A DNA stretch of 64,000 nucleotides from NCBI GenBank assembly GCA_964429275.1, contig CAYSBJ010000002.1, positions 282,459-346,458 on the forward strand, read 5' to 3'. The DNA is from an uncultured Pseudomonadota bacterium. GTDB taxonomy: Bacteria > Babelota > Babeliae > Babelales > JAUPTZ01. The notes under the pieces are model-generated. The model was not told where the DNA came from and searched no databases. It saw only the letters and a program-made list of their open reading frames with translations. Every line of letters starts with the position of its first letter. Position 1 is the stretch's first letter. The position numbers and the translations under genes were made by a program. Shown in pieces: positions 27,643-36,696 of this stretch.

Positions 27643-28335
27643 ATGGAGAAACGTATAATGAAACGTAAAAAAGTGCAGTTGCCTGCGCCGGCCTACCTTT
27701 GTAGCGACGCGCTGGGGCAACAGCTGGTATATCGTCAGCATTCAATTCATGAAATTCATGAGGGCCCGCTGGGTAGCGCAACCGACTTGCAGAGCTCACC
27801 AAAAGTCCAAGCCGCGCTGTATTCAGCACAAAAAACGCTCGATGAAGCGCTTTTGAGCGCCGTTCAGAATAAATGTATCCCTCAAATGATAGCCCGCATT
27901 ATTGCGCAAGGTGCAAATACCAACGCTTTGTGTGGCGGGCTATCCCCTATCGTTGCAGCCATTCTGAACCGAGACATAGAAACGGTCACTTTTCTGCTCA
28001 CCCGTGGGGCTAACCCGGTCATACGAGATGAGTACGGCAACACCCCGCTACACGTAATCGCTACCCATTTGACCCCCAAAACATTAAAGATGGCTCATAT
28101 CCTCCTTATTGCAGGAGCACAGGTCGATGCCCAGAACGACCTTGGGCAGACCCCGCTTCACCTTCACGGCAAGGCAGGCTCTCTGTACATACAATTCGCC
28201 CATATACTCATTAAAGCCGGCGCCCGGCTTGATTTGATTGATATCAAAGGAAACGAGCCGTTTACCCGATTGCCGGAAAAGCAACGAGAAGAGTTGATGC
28301 GGTTTGCGCTTTTTGCGCTGTTTGATAGAGAATAA
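27643..28335 (+). CDS. ankyrin-repeat protein (230 aa)
   Basis: About 4 ANK units, for example LSPIVAAILNRDIETVTFLLTRGANPVIRDEYGNTPLHVIA and GQTPLHLHGKAGSLYIQFAHILIKAGARLD. Confidence 0.85.
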   Translation: MEKRIMKRKKVQLPAPAYLCSDALGQQLVYRQHSIHEIHEGPLGSATDLQSSPKVQAALYSAQKTLDEALLSAVQNKCIPQMIARIIAQGANTNALCGGLSPIVAAILNRDIETVTFLLTRGANPVIRDEYGNTPLHVIATHLTPKTLKMAHILLIAGAQVDAQNDLGQTPLHLHGKAGSLYIQFAHILIKAGARLDLIDIKGNEPFTRLPEKQREELMRFALFALFDRE

Positions 28336-28339
28336 TGGA

Positions 28340-28375
28340 TGGGGCAGCGCCCCCGCCCCACCTTTTTTCTTTTTG
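28340..28375 (+). terminator. rho-independent terminator of the ankyrin gene
   Basis: Stem TGGGGC / GCCCCA with a 9-nt loop, then CC-TTTTTTCTTTTTG. It starts 5 nt after the stop codon. Confidence 0.6.
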
Positions 28376-28438
28376 TCAGGCTTGCTACACTGATCCCCGA
28401 CGAATCAGTTATAAAACCCCTGCAAACTAAGGAATTTC

Positions 28439-29323
28439 ATGAAAAAACACATATTAATTGCCATGGCCCTTGTTGTTATTATGACACCTACGACAAACAT
28501 GGTAGCACTCTCCACAGATGCTAAAGCCGAGAAGCGGGAAGAAAGAGCAACTTATATCTTTGAAGATCTTCTGGTAATAGGACCAGATGGGAATGAAAGC
28601 TCTATTCTGAAAGAAAACAATCTTGGTGAAATAACCGAAACGATGGTCAAGGAAATTCCATCAAGTATCAAAGTATTCCTTACCTCATTAGATAAAACAG
28701 AGCCACCAACGCTCTCACTCTTAAAGGTAGCCAAAAAAGCCTATTATTTTGTTATGGTAAGGCCTTACTATTTCGCCTCTCCGATCAATTGGGAACCGAC
28801 TTACCATGTCTTTAATAGTGTCGGCTGCCGAATTGGCACCACAGATTTGATGGCAGCAATCGGAAAAGAAGGCCGCGTGGAATGTTTGGTAAGGCTCAGT
28901 GGCAGCAAACTCGATGGCTTCATACAACAGCGTCTTACATTTACACAAGACGAAATCGAATTGTGTGGCGTGCCTACAAGGATAAACCTGCTTAAAGGCA
29001 TTTCTTTGCCGCTAGCACATCGCGCAGAGGAAGTTTCCCTCGATAACGGCACCATAGCGTTCTATGAAAGTGCAAGCTGGTTCGTGCCAAACCCAATTAG
29101 ATTCTTTTGCTTACGAAGCGAGCCTGAGCGCTTAATAGAAATCCAATGGAAGAATAAGTGCCTCTATCTCATTGAAACTAAATCTCATTACTATGCATTT
29201 CAAGCCAATGGGATCCCCTTTTCACCATACGGCTTTTGCACTCTTTGCAAAAAGGGGAAGCCGCATGTGAAAACCGTCCTTAATGGTACCGAAGCCATCA
29301 AAAAAGTGCTTTCTCTAGATTGA
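28439..29323 (+). CDS. hypothetical secreted protein (294 aa)
   Basis: ORF track. Signal-peptide-like MKKHILIAMALVVIMTPTTNMVALS. No family recognised. Confidence 0.6.
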   Translation: MKKHILIAMALVVIMTPTTNMVALSTDAKAEKREERATYIFEDLLVIGPDGNESSILKENNLGEITETMVKEIPSSIKVFLTSLDKTEPPTLSLLKVAKKAYYFVMVRPYYFASPINWEPTYHVFNSVGCRIGTTDLMAAIGKEGRVECLVRLSGSKLDGFIQQRLTFTQDEIELCGVPTRINLLKGISLPLAHRAEEVSLDNGTIAFYESASWFVPNPIRFFCLRSEPERLIEIQWKNKCLYLIETKSHYYAFQANGIPFSPYGFCTLCKKGKPHVKTVLNGTEAIKKVLSLD

Positions 29324-29337
29324 GAAGGTAAGACCGC

Positions 29338-29427
29338 GAAGAAACCAAGCCACTGGCCCGATTACCAGAAAAGCAACGGGAAGAGTTGATGCGGTTTGCG
29401 CTTTTTGCCCTGTTCGATCGAGAGTAA
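29338..29427 (+). pseudogene. orphan 3'-end fragment of an ankyrin-gene paralogue
   Basis: 29357..29427 is 64/71 identical to 28265..28335, the last codons plus stop of the ankyrin gene. It encodes the identical peptide RLPEKQREELMRFALFALFDRE*. The frame is closed by TAA at 29329-29331 and has no ATG. Confidence 0.7.
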
Positions 29428-29508
29428 GAGCGGGCCGGTTGTCAAACGGTTCCCTGACTGCTAAGCTATACCCTGTATCCATAAAAGTTGGTTATTACAG
29501 GGATTTTC

Positions 29509-30006
29509 ATGCTTTTACTTCTCCAATTACTTCTCTTTTCACTTCTTCCGGTCATGGCATCGCCCATCATGGCATCGCCCGCCGAGCCCGTACCAGTGAC
29601 AGCGCTTGAGATCACCAAAGAAGAATCACTATCTATCAACAAAACACCTCCTGGACCCAAAAAGCGTGTTGTAGGATCCGCCTGGCGTCAAGCAGCCCAG
29701 TGGGTCTACCTGCCAAGCGTGGATGACTCAAAAACACCACAAAAACCCGCTTCTACCCCCGCGCCGGCGGTAGAAGAAAAGACAGCGCCAACACCACCAG
29801 CTCCAATTCATCAGCTAACTCCGGAAAATTCTCAGCAGTTTTTGGCCGATTTACAGGCGGTGCTTGATGAAGATTACGATGATGAATATTATGGCGACGA
29901 TGAGCTTGAAGCGTTTGAAAACCTTCCGCAAGTCCAGTTGTCTCCGCAAGAAGAAGCTGAATTTACCGCCTTTTTGATGAATGCGTTTCAAGGCGGCGCC
30001 AAATAA
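29509..30006 (+). CDS. hypothetical secreted Pro-rich / acidic protein
   Basis: The track ORF starts at TTG 29488. The ATG at 29509 (MLLLLQLLLFSLLPVMA) is preceded by AGGGA. Pro-rich middle and acidic C-terminal part (DEDYDDEYYGDDELE). Confidence 0.55.
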   Translation: MLLLLQLLLFSLLPVMASPIMASPAEPVPVTALEITKEESLSINKTPPGPKKRVVGSAWRQAAQWVYLPSVDDSKTPQKPASTPAPAVEEKTAPTPPAPIHQLTPENSQQFLADLQAVLDEDYDDEYYGDDELEAFENLPQVQLSPQEEAEFTAFLMNAFQGGAK

Positions 30007-30113
30007 CAGGGTTTGGAACTATTTTCACTAACTTAATGACTTTTCTGGTCATCTTGGTAAAGACTTAGCCGACAGGTTTATTTCGTCGTGCATCTTTTAC
30101 AAGGAGGACCACC

Positions 30114-30539
30114 ATGTCCACTCAATTGACGATATCCATAGAGCTCATTACATTTATGCAGTGGGTTTTAAAGTATAAAAGTGATGCATTTGCAGCCTTC
30201 ATCGCGCAAACAGTCGATTCAGATCTTCGCGAGAAACTCGTTGCGATTTCGCAAAACACGCAACCCACTGTTTCCTCTGACAAACTATACGAAACCCTCA
30301 GTAACTTTGTGCGCTTTATTGAGTACAACCTCGAACTTACCAATCCAGCGGACGACTCATTTATTGCTACCCGTCAACCCAAGAAAAAAACACGTACGCA
30401 TCGCCATCATGCCGCGAAATGCGCTGAACACACTACTGCACAAGTAAATGAGATTCAAAGCATTCAGTCACCAACGCAACGGATTCTCTATCAAGCGCTG
30501 TTCACGAATGAAAATAATTCAGAAAGTGGTGTGAGCTAA
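30114..30539 (+). CDS. hypothetical protein (141 aa)
   Basis: ORF with a strong Shine-Dalgarno sequence (AAGGAGGACCACC-ATG). No family recognised. Confidence 0.6.
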   Translation: MSTQLTISIELITFMQWVLKYKSDAFAAFIAQTVDSDLREKLVAISQNTQPTVSSDKLYETLSNFVRFIEYNLELTNPADDSFIATRQPKKKTRTHRHHAAKCAEHTTAQVNEIQSIQSPTQRILYQALFTNENNSESGVS

Positions 30540-31555
30540 TACGGAGTGAGGGGGTTTCCGTTCAGTACCGCAAGCTCTTTTTCTCGTCTTTGCAGCCTGT
30601 CATACGCTACAGCCTGAGCATCGCGCAACGCGCGCTCTTGAGCTCCAAGCACCGTGGCAACCCACTCTAATTTTTGCGTGAGAGCGGGATCCGTCATACA
30701 CACCAACTCTGTGTATGCACAGTCAACTTGGTTACTTTTGTTTCGTACTGCATACCCACGCACAAGAATCTCAACGGAAAGATTATATTTCTCTCGCATT
30801 AAGAGTAGTTTTCGAGCGGTAAGGTAAAGATCCTGCTGGCTTTTGGCACGAACTGTACCTTCTTTAAAAGCTCCAATGATAGTAGAAAGGAAACCATCGC
30901 AGAGTTCGCCCCGCCTGAGCGCAATCTCTATAGCCCTGCTGTTCAAAGATAAAGTATCGCAGTTTCCTCTTAAGGTACTGACGACTTGCTCTGTAGCCCA
31001 GTTATCAAAGCTAATAGTTCTTTGCTCAGCTTTTAAAGCTTCAAGGCTTTTTCCTTTTAAATGCAACTCTTGAGTAGAGGCTAATTCAAAAGCTGCGCAC
31101 GCGCTCTCACACTCTTTCTGAAGTACGTCATAGTTCCTTTCTGCGTCCCTGCATGCCATGGCCTTCCTATTATACTCATAGAGCACTTGCAACGTCTTAA
31201 TAATTAAAAAGGCAGAAAACACTACGCGCAATGCTCCTATCGTGGTCGCCTTATCTCGAAATATGCGCTTCCAAAAAGCGCATCCCTGCAGATCTTTACC
31301 AAAGAAAATCTTCCTGTAATCCCGCTTATCAGCAAGCATAGCGATCCCATTTCCCACGGCAAGCACGGAACCTATTAAGTAAAGCATTCCACCCTGTGCA
31401 TAATCAGCCCGACAAACGCTCCAGCGGTCAAGAGCCGCGTTCCGCTGTTCTCTCAAGGCATCGAGTGCCACAGCCCGCTCTTTAATGGAGACTTCGCTTA
31501 TAAGCTGAAAACTTGCGCACAAGATTGATAAACAACTTATGTAGACCCTACGCAT
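30536..31555 (-). CDS. membrane protein, family B member 3 (339 aa)
   Basis: Shares DYRKIFFGKDLQGCAFWKRIFRDKATTIGALRV plus flanking hydrophobic helices with the two upstream genes. Long helical C-terminal extension. Confidence 0.65.
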   Translation of the reverse strand: MRRVYISCLSILCASFQLISEVSIKERAVALDALREQRNAALDRWSVCRADYAQGGMLYLIGSVLAVGNGIAMLADKRDYRKIFFGKDLQGCAFWKRIFRDKATTIGALRVVFSAFLIIKTLQVLYEYNRKAMACRDAERNYDVLQKECESACAAFELASTQELHLKGKSLEALKAEQRTISFDNWATEQVVSTLRGNCDTLSLNSRAIEIALRRGELCDGFLSTIIGAFKEGTVRAKSQQDLYLTARKLLLMREKYNLSVEILVRGYAVRNKSNQVDCAYTELVCMTDPALTQKLEWVATVLGAQERALRDAQAVAYDRLQRREKELAVLNGNPLTPY

Positions 31556-31562
31556 TATTCTT

Positions 31563-32078
31563 TTATTCTGAAGCTTTTTTTCGCAACATATCCAATCGCA
31601 TACATTTTTCTTCTAATTTTGCTTCTAGCTTGCTCCTAAGATGTTTTATTTTTTCTTTATCATTAGCCCAATTCTCTTTCAATTCGCTCGGAACGTGGGG
31701 AGATTGTCTAGCTTTTCTACGCGCGTCTTCAACATTTTTCCAAGCTTTTCTCTCCGCATAGAACGCAAGGAGCGGAAATAACACAGAAGATGCCACACGA
31801 AGTGTCGCAATAACCGTTTCCTTATCATTTAACAAGCGCTTTAAAAACCCACGACCCCGCTCATCTTTGCCGAAAAAAGTCTTATTAAAATCAACATTAT
31901 CCTGAATTTTCATCTGCAAGACATTAATCACCGCCAAGAACGCTACATTAGTAGCAAGAAAGAACGCTTTCTGATGCTTATCTTCTGCAAGAGCAGCATC
32001 AAAAATAGCTTCACCCTGCATTCCACAGATGCTCACAAACAAAAAAAGTATTATTATAGATCTACTTTTCATGATCAC
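31563..32078 (-). CDS. membrane protein, family B member 2 (171 aa)
   Basis: Motif DFNKTFFGKDERGRGFLKRLLNDKETVIATLRV. 4-nt overlap with the upstream gene at 32075-32078. Confidence 0.65.
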   Translation of the reverse strand: MIMKSRSIIILFLFVSICGMQGEAIFDAALAEDKHQKAFFLATNVAFLAVINVLQMKIQDNVDFNKTFFGKDERGRGFLKRLLNDKETVIATLRVASSVLFPLLAFYAERKAWKNVEDARRKARQSPHVPSELKENWANDKEKIKHLRSKLEAKLEEKCMRLDMLRKKASE

Positions 32079-32683
32079 TCCCCCTCATACTTCTGTATTA
32101 AAGTAGCCAAGTATTGAGAATAGAATTTATCTTCATCCGCTACTTTTTTCAGCACAGATTGATACTGCTCTTCAGCTTCTTTAATAGCCGCGGCATCTGA
32201 CCAAGTCTGACGAAAAACGAAAAACCAAAGTAAAGCTGGCCCAAAAAGACGCAGTGCGGCTACGGTCGTATCTTTGTCACGGAATATGCGCTTAAAAAAA
32301 TTACGGCCATTCTCATCTGTTCCCAAAAAAATTTCTTTATAATCGATTGAATTAGCAAACATTTCCATCGCATTAAAAAGAGCCACCGTGTAAAAAACGT
32401 CCCGCAGCTGCTTGGTTTTCTTCTTAGATTTTTTACGAGCTGCATTCAACAATTCAATTTTCGCCGTATAAGGCCGCTCGAGAAGCGAGTCCTTGCGATA
32501 CTCCAAAGAATGCAATTTAACAATGTCACCCGTACGTTGCTTAACCTCTCTCTCCAAGGTCTCGCGCTCTGTTAAGGGCCCATATACTTGATTATTTTCT
32601 TTGCCGAACGGCTCTGTAACGCTCGCAGCAGAGAGCGCCCCTATCATACCAAGCATACACCACATACATAGAATATTGGCCAT
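32075..32683 (-). CDS. membrane protein, family B member 1 (202 aa)
   Basis: Motif DYKEIFLGTDENGRNFFKRIFRDKDTTVAALRL. Lies 14 nt downstream of the MFS gene. Confidence 0.65.
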   Translation of the reverse strand: MANILCMWCMLGMIGALSAASVTEPFGKENNQVYGPLTERETLEREVKQRTGDIVKLHSLEYRKDSLLERPYTAKIELLNAARKKSKKKTKQLRDVFYTVALFNAMEMFANSIDYKEIFLGTDENGRNFFKRIFRDKDTTVAALRLFGPALLWFFVFRQTWSDAAAIKEAEEQYQSVLKKVADEDKFYSQYLATLIQKYEGE

Positions 32684-32697
32684 TAACTGGTCTCCTT

Positions 32698-33912
32698 TTA
32701 TACTTTTATCGCTTTTGCAACGGAGTTTTTAAGCATATACAATGCCACCACCATACTACAACTGATAGAAAAGAAATACAACGGCATAACCAAAACGGAG
32801 CCATTATGCAGTAAGCCAATAATAAAGGTAAAAATGGAGGCAAGCATGTAGTACATGCAGCCAAAAACACTTGAGGCTGTACCACTGCACCACCGATAAT
32901 CCGCCAAACCCACAGAAAGTGAAGTGCTGGTAACCAAACAGCGACCCGCCATTGTAATCATCTGCGAACCAACAGTGATTACCAGCATAGCACTTGCTGG
33001 CACATACCCACTATAATGGCCCCAGGCTGCGAGTGAAAAAAGACCAGTAGAAAAAAGCATTGTTATCGTGCCACTCACAAGCACCTGGTACGACTCATAC
33101 CGATGATGAAGCCAACTAGCCAGGCGCCCCCCCGCTATCATTGCGATAGCCAGAAAAACAAAACTCATACCATACCACAAAGGCGACAACCCAAAAAGCT
33201 CTATAAGATAGAAGGAACCCTCAGAAAAGTAACTGAACATGAGGCCACTTGCACAGCCAACCAACCAGGTGTATGCCAAGACTCGCCCATCGCCAATAAG
33301 CCGTTTAAAAATATCCCAAAGACTAAAATGACGCCGCTCTTCATGAGAAAGCGTTTCAGGGAGCAATCCGGCCGTCAGCCCCATTACCGCCATTGCAACA
33401 ATCACAAGCAATAAGAAAACTGCAGACCAGCCAAACGTTTCGGCAACAAAACCACCAACAACGGGTCCAATTGCAGGAGGCACTCCCAGGGCACTCGACA
33501 TAGCAGCATACGCACGACTTAAAGCTTTACCGTGAAATACATCTCGCAACATTGCCTGGCCGACAACGCTCCCAGCACTTCCACCAAAAGCTTGCACAAA
33601 GCGACCAATCAAGAGCATATTTATAGAGGTTGAGTAATAGCAAGCAATGCACCCAATTAAGTATGTTGCAATCCCCACCAACATGCTTGGCTTTCTTCCG
33701 TAGAAATCAGAAATCTTCCCCCAAAACAACATGCCTAATGAAAAGGCGAACAAATAGATCGTCAACGTGTATTCAACCATCGAGACCGAGGTTGTAAGTG
33801 CATGTGCAATATCAGGCAAGGAAGGAGAATACACTGTTTCAGAAAATTGTGGCAATCCGACCAAGGTAAATACAAGCCATAACGGCAACGAAACTAAAAC
33901 AGACATATCCAT
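32698..33912 (-). CDS. MFS transporter, Bcr/CflA (DHA1)-like efflux family
   Basis: 12-TM-type sequence. Motifs GKISDFYGRKP and IGRFVQAFGGSAGSVVGQAMLRD, typical of Bcr/CflA-type MFS proteins. Confidence 0.8.
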   Translation of the reverse strand: MDMSVLVSLPLWLVFTLVGLPQFSETVYSPSLPDIAHALTTSVSMVEYTLTIYLFAFSLGMLFWGKISDFYGRKPSMLVGIATYLIGCIACYYSTSINMLLIGRFVQAFGGSAGSVVGQAMLRDVFHGKALSRAYAAMSSALGVPPAIGPVVGGFVAETFGWSAVFLLLVIVAMAVMGLTAGLLPETLSHEERRHFSLWDIFKRLIGDGRVLAYTWLVGCASGLMFSYFSEGSFYLIELFGLSPLWYGMSFVFLAIAMIAGGRLASWLHHRYESYQVLVSGTITMLFSTGLFSLAAWGHYSGYVPASAMLVITVGSQMITMAGRCLVTSTSLSVGLADYRWCSGTASSVFGCMYYMLASIFTFIIGLLHNGSVLVMPLYFFSISCSMVVALYMLKNSVAKAIKV

Positions 33913-34024
33913 ACTTTATACTTTCAACCAAAAAAAAGAGCGGCAATATATACCGCAAAAATAGCAAAAACGGTAGAAATATTTGGAATATTCAAGAAAA
34001 AAAGCATGTGACACTGAAGGTCTT

Positions 34025-35302
34025 ATGAAGTTGCTAAGGTTATTTATTATTTTTTACTGCGCTACCTGCCTCCCTCTATATGCGGCAGACACTCCTCAAA
34101 CAAAAGGATTTATCATCGCCACTGCGACAGCCAATGGAGTACATACGACATTTCTTACGCCCGCAACAGAACGAGCGCTGCCATCTCAAGATGAATGGCC
34201 CTCAGTGTGGGTATCTAGTAACCGACGTATCTGCATCCCAAGCAAATTCTTTATAACTGATACCACAACCTCAGCAGATAATAATGCGATGAAAATCGTA
34301 TTTCCTAAGATGGCCGCAGATGACGAGAACTACTCTCTGTATGAACAAGCGATGGAAGACGCAATCATCAGCCTCTTGGTGTGGTCACACGAGACAACGC
34401 TGTACTATAATAAAAAATGGATGGAGACAGCGCCGTCACAACACTACGTCCCTATCATCGAAGTTCTCCCGCTCGCAGGGCGTTTTCTGTACAAAAAAGA
34501 CGTAGTGGACGAGAGAAGCAGAATAGCTGAAAGACTCATCGCTGCATACGATAGCCACTTACCACAAGTTCTCCAGGCCGGGGACGACGGCCATTTTAGG
34601 CTCCTAGAAAAATTCATAAACCCTGAAGAACCCAACGACACCCCACGGTGCTTTTTATTACTATGCGCCGAACAGCTCAAGCAATCTCAACATGACCCAA
34701 CGCTACTGCCTCTAGCTTTACGCATGCTCTGGAATGGCGTTTGCCAGGACATTAGCGGCGCCCCTCACCTATTTATAAAATGGATATATAATCACTATTC
34801 AACACCATCTGACAGTACTGCTGAAGCCGCTGAAGAAACAAAAAATGAGACTAACGATGAACAAACACTACTCGTTCCAATTTTTGACCATGATTACTAT
34901 ATGGTGCTCTACCGAGCCCTCGAACATTGTGCCATCTCAATCCTTGACCTTCCTCGGCGAGGAATGACTACAAAACCTGATCAATCAGAGCCAACATGGA
35001 CCACAAGCTTAAGCTGTACCGCCCGGGAATTTTACAAGGAAAAAAAGTACGAGAAAGCTGCTGCGCTCTACGCCTTTATTGAAAGTTTCAGTCAAGACAA
35101 ATTTCTTTACAAGCACCTTGTTGCGTTTGCCAGTATTTTTCGCTATCAAGTCGGCAACCACGCTGAAGCTTCGCGGTGCTTTAAAGAGGCAATTAATCGC
35201 GGTTATCCATGCCATACCCCCCTCGCCCATTATCTTGCGAGACATGACATAAATATTAAGGCCGACGATGACTCTTGCTGCTCATCTTGCGCCATTTTAT
35301 GA
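34025..35302 (+). CDS. hypothetical secreted protein ending in a CaaX box (CAIL)
   Basis: The ATG at 34025 gives the signal-peptide-like MKLLRLFIIFYCATCLPLYAA (the track start at 33983 is TTG). TPR-like C-terminal part (YKEKKYEKAAALYAF...). The C-terminus ...DDDSCCSSCAIL* was read directly from codons 35264-35302. Confidence 0.65.
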   Translation: MKLLRLFIIFYCATCLPLYAADTPQTKGFIIATATANGVHTTFLTPATERALPSQDEWPSVWVSSNRRICIPSKFFITDTTTSADNNAMKIVFPKMAADDENYSLYEQAMEDAIISLLVWSHETTLYYNKKWMETAPSQHYVPIIEVLPLAGRFLYKKDVVDERSRIAERLIAAYDSHLPQVLQAGDDGHFRLLEKFINPEEPNDTPRCFLLLCAEQLKQSQHDPTLLPLALRMLWNGVCQDISGAPHLFIKWIYNHYSTPSDSTAEAAEETKNETNDEQTLLVPIFDHDYYMVLYRALEHCAISILDLPRRGMTTKPDQSEPTWTTSLSCTAREFYKEKKYEKAAALYAFIESFSQDKFLYKHLVAFASIFRYQVGNHAEASRCFKEAINRGYPCHTPLAHYLARHDINIKADDDSCCSSCAIL

Positions 35303-36066
35303 GGCTCCTTGTGCGCACGCTAAAATATTATCTCCTCTTCCCACTCGTATGTAATTTTTGTGCCGCGAGCAGTAATGATGACCAACTAAAACTCTCGAAT
35401 CGATTATACCAATCATTTGGACCAGGAAGTGATAACTTCTCAGGGCTTCTCGTTTCTGGCGTTGGTATGGCCGGGGGCATTGTCGGCACCGCGATCGCAG
35501 CCACGCAGGCTATTGCATTGTACAAACACATGAAAAAGCTAACATCGCAAGATCAGGCTGAATACAATCAATCAAAAATAAAATATATCGTATGCACAAT
35601 CACAGGCGGCGTTTTCTGCATACTTAGCATCGCAAGCGCTATCATTTTTGTAGACAAGTTTAAAAACAGTTATCAGGAATTCAAATCAACCAACAGACAA
35701 ACACTAGATACACAGCAGTCAGAGCCATTTGTGCTCATACCACCACTAATCAGCCCTCAATCAACCCACCACGCCGAACCAGACCCACTGGAAGAGAGTC
35801 CGTTGCCATCAGAACCAGTGCTTCTTCTTCCAATCACCACACCTGAAACAACAGCACTCTTAGCATCGCTAACTCAAGAAGCTGAAAGCCCCGGAAACAA
35901 TTCTTTGCCAAGTACACAGGAAGAAAACGAATCTGCTGCACAGCCTGCCGACATTATAAAAATACTTAATACGTTCTGGATATGTACACCCGAAAAACAA
36001 GAAGGTGACTCGCTCATACGCATTACACTCGCATACGCACTACGAACTAAAAACCTGAATCCTTAA
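35299..36066 (+). CDS. hypothetical membrane protein
   Basis: Start moved to the ATG at 35299, which overlaps the upstream TGA (ATGA). Signal-peptide-like MRLLVRTLKYYLLFPLVCNFCAAS. Two hydrophobic segments (GLLVSGVGMAGGIVGTAIAA and VCTITGGVFCILSIASAIIFV). Confidence 0.55.
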   Translation: MRLLVRTLKYYLLFPLVCNFCAASSNDDQLKLSNRLYQSFGPGSDNFSGLLVSGVGMAGGIVGTAIAATQAIALYKHMKKLTSQDQAEYNQSKIKYIVCTITGGVFCILSIASAIIFVDKFKNSYQEFKSTNRQTLDTQQSEPFVLIPPLISPQSTHHAEPDPLEESPLPSEPVLLLPITTPETTALLASLTQEAESPGNNSLPSTQEENESAAQPADIIKILNTFWICTPEKQEGDSLIRITLAYALRTKNLNP

Positions 36067-36685
36067 GTTTTTCGCGCAACCCGTACACATCAAGCCCAAG
36101 AACTCCGGTATACGAACCATTCATTGATTTAAAGTAAGAAATCCCTGGTCCTTCAACTGCCGTTGCTGCACAGGCCTTCATAGCTGCTGGGCAGGCAGCC
36201 AAATACTTCTCTATTTCATCTTCGCGAACATAAAACTCCGCGGTTGCATCGGCAACCCAGGTTTCAAATATTGGATTGTACCAGCCCTCTTCTTCTTCGT
36301 GGTATTTCCATACCGAAAAACACATCCCCGTAGCTACTACAATGTGCTGAGTAGAAAGTTTTTTAAGCATTTCCACTGCATGTTCTTTATCGCGTGGCTT
36401 GCCGTAGAGCTGACCATCGGTGCAGCCGGCGATGAGTGTATCAGCGGTCAACAAAAAAATAGGTTGTCTTGATTCTTCGTGCGCTGAAATCAATGCAGGC
36501 ACATCAATACCAATATGTTTGTACTGCGCCAACGCTTTTACTTGCTCCTGCACCGTTCCAGACACTTCCGCATCTTCCTCACACACAGACAGTTCAATCA
36601 CTTTAAATGGAATCTGCGCCTGGGTAAGTAATTCATAGCGCGCCTGCGATTGCGAGCCAAGATACAATATGTTTTTTTCTTTCAT
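36047..36685 (-). CDS. maf: Maf-like nucleoside triphosphate pyrophosphatase
   Basis: N-terminus ILYLGSQSQARYELL resembles the Maf LASxSPRRxELL motif. Size 212 aa. Confidence 0.65.
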   Translation of the reverse strand: MKEKNILYLGSQSQARYELLTQAQIPFKVIELSVCEEDAEVSGTVQEQVKALAQYKHIGIDVPALISAHEESRQPIFLLTADTLIAGCTDGQLYGKPRDKEHAVEMLKKLSTQHIVVATGMCFSVWKYHEEEEGWYNPIFETWVADATAEFYVREDEIEKYLAACPAAMKACAATAVEGPGISYFKSMNGSYTGVLGLDVYGLREKLKDSGF

Positions 36686-36696
36686 AAAATTCCTTT

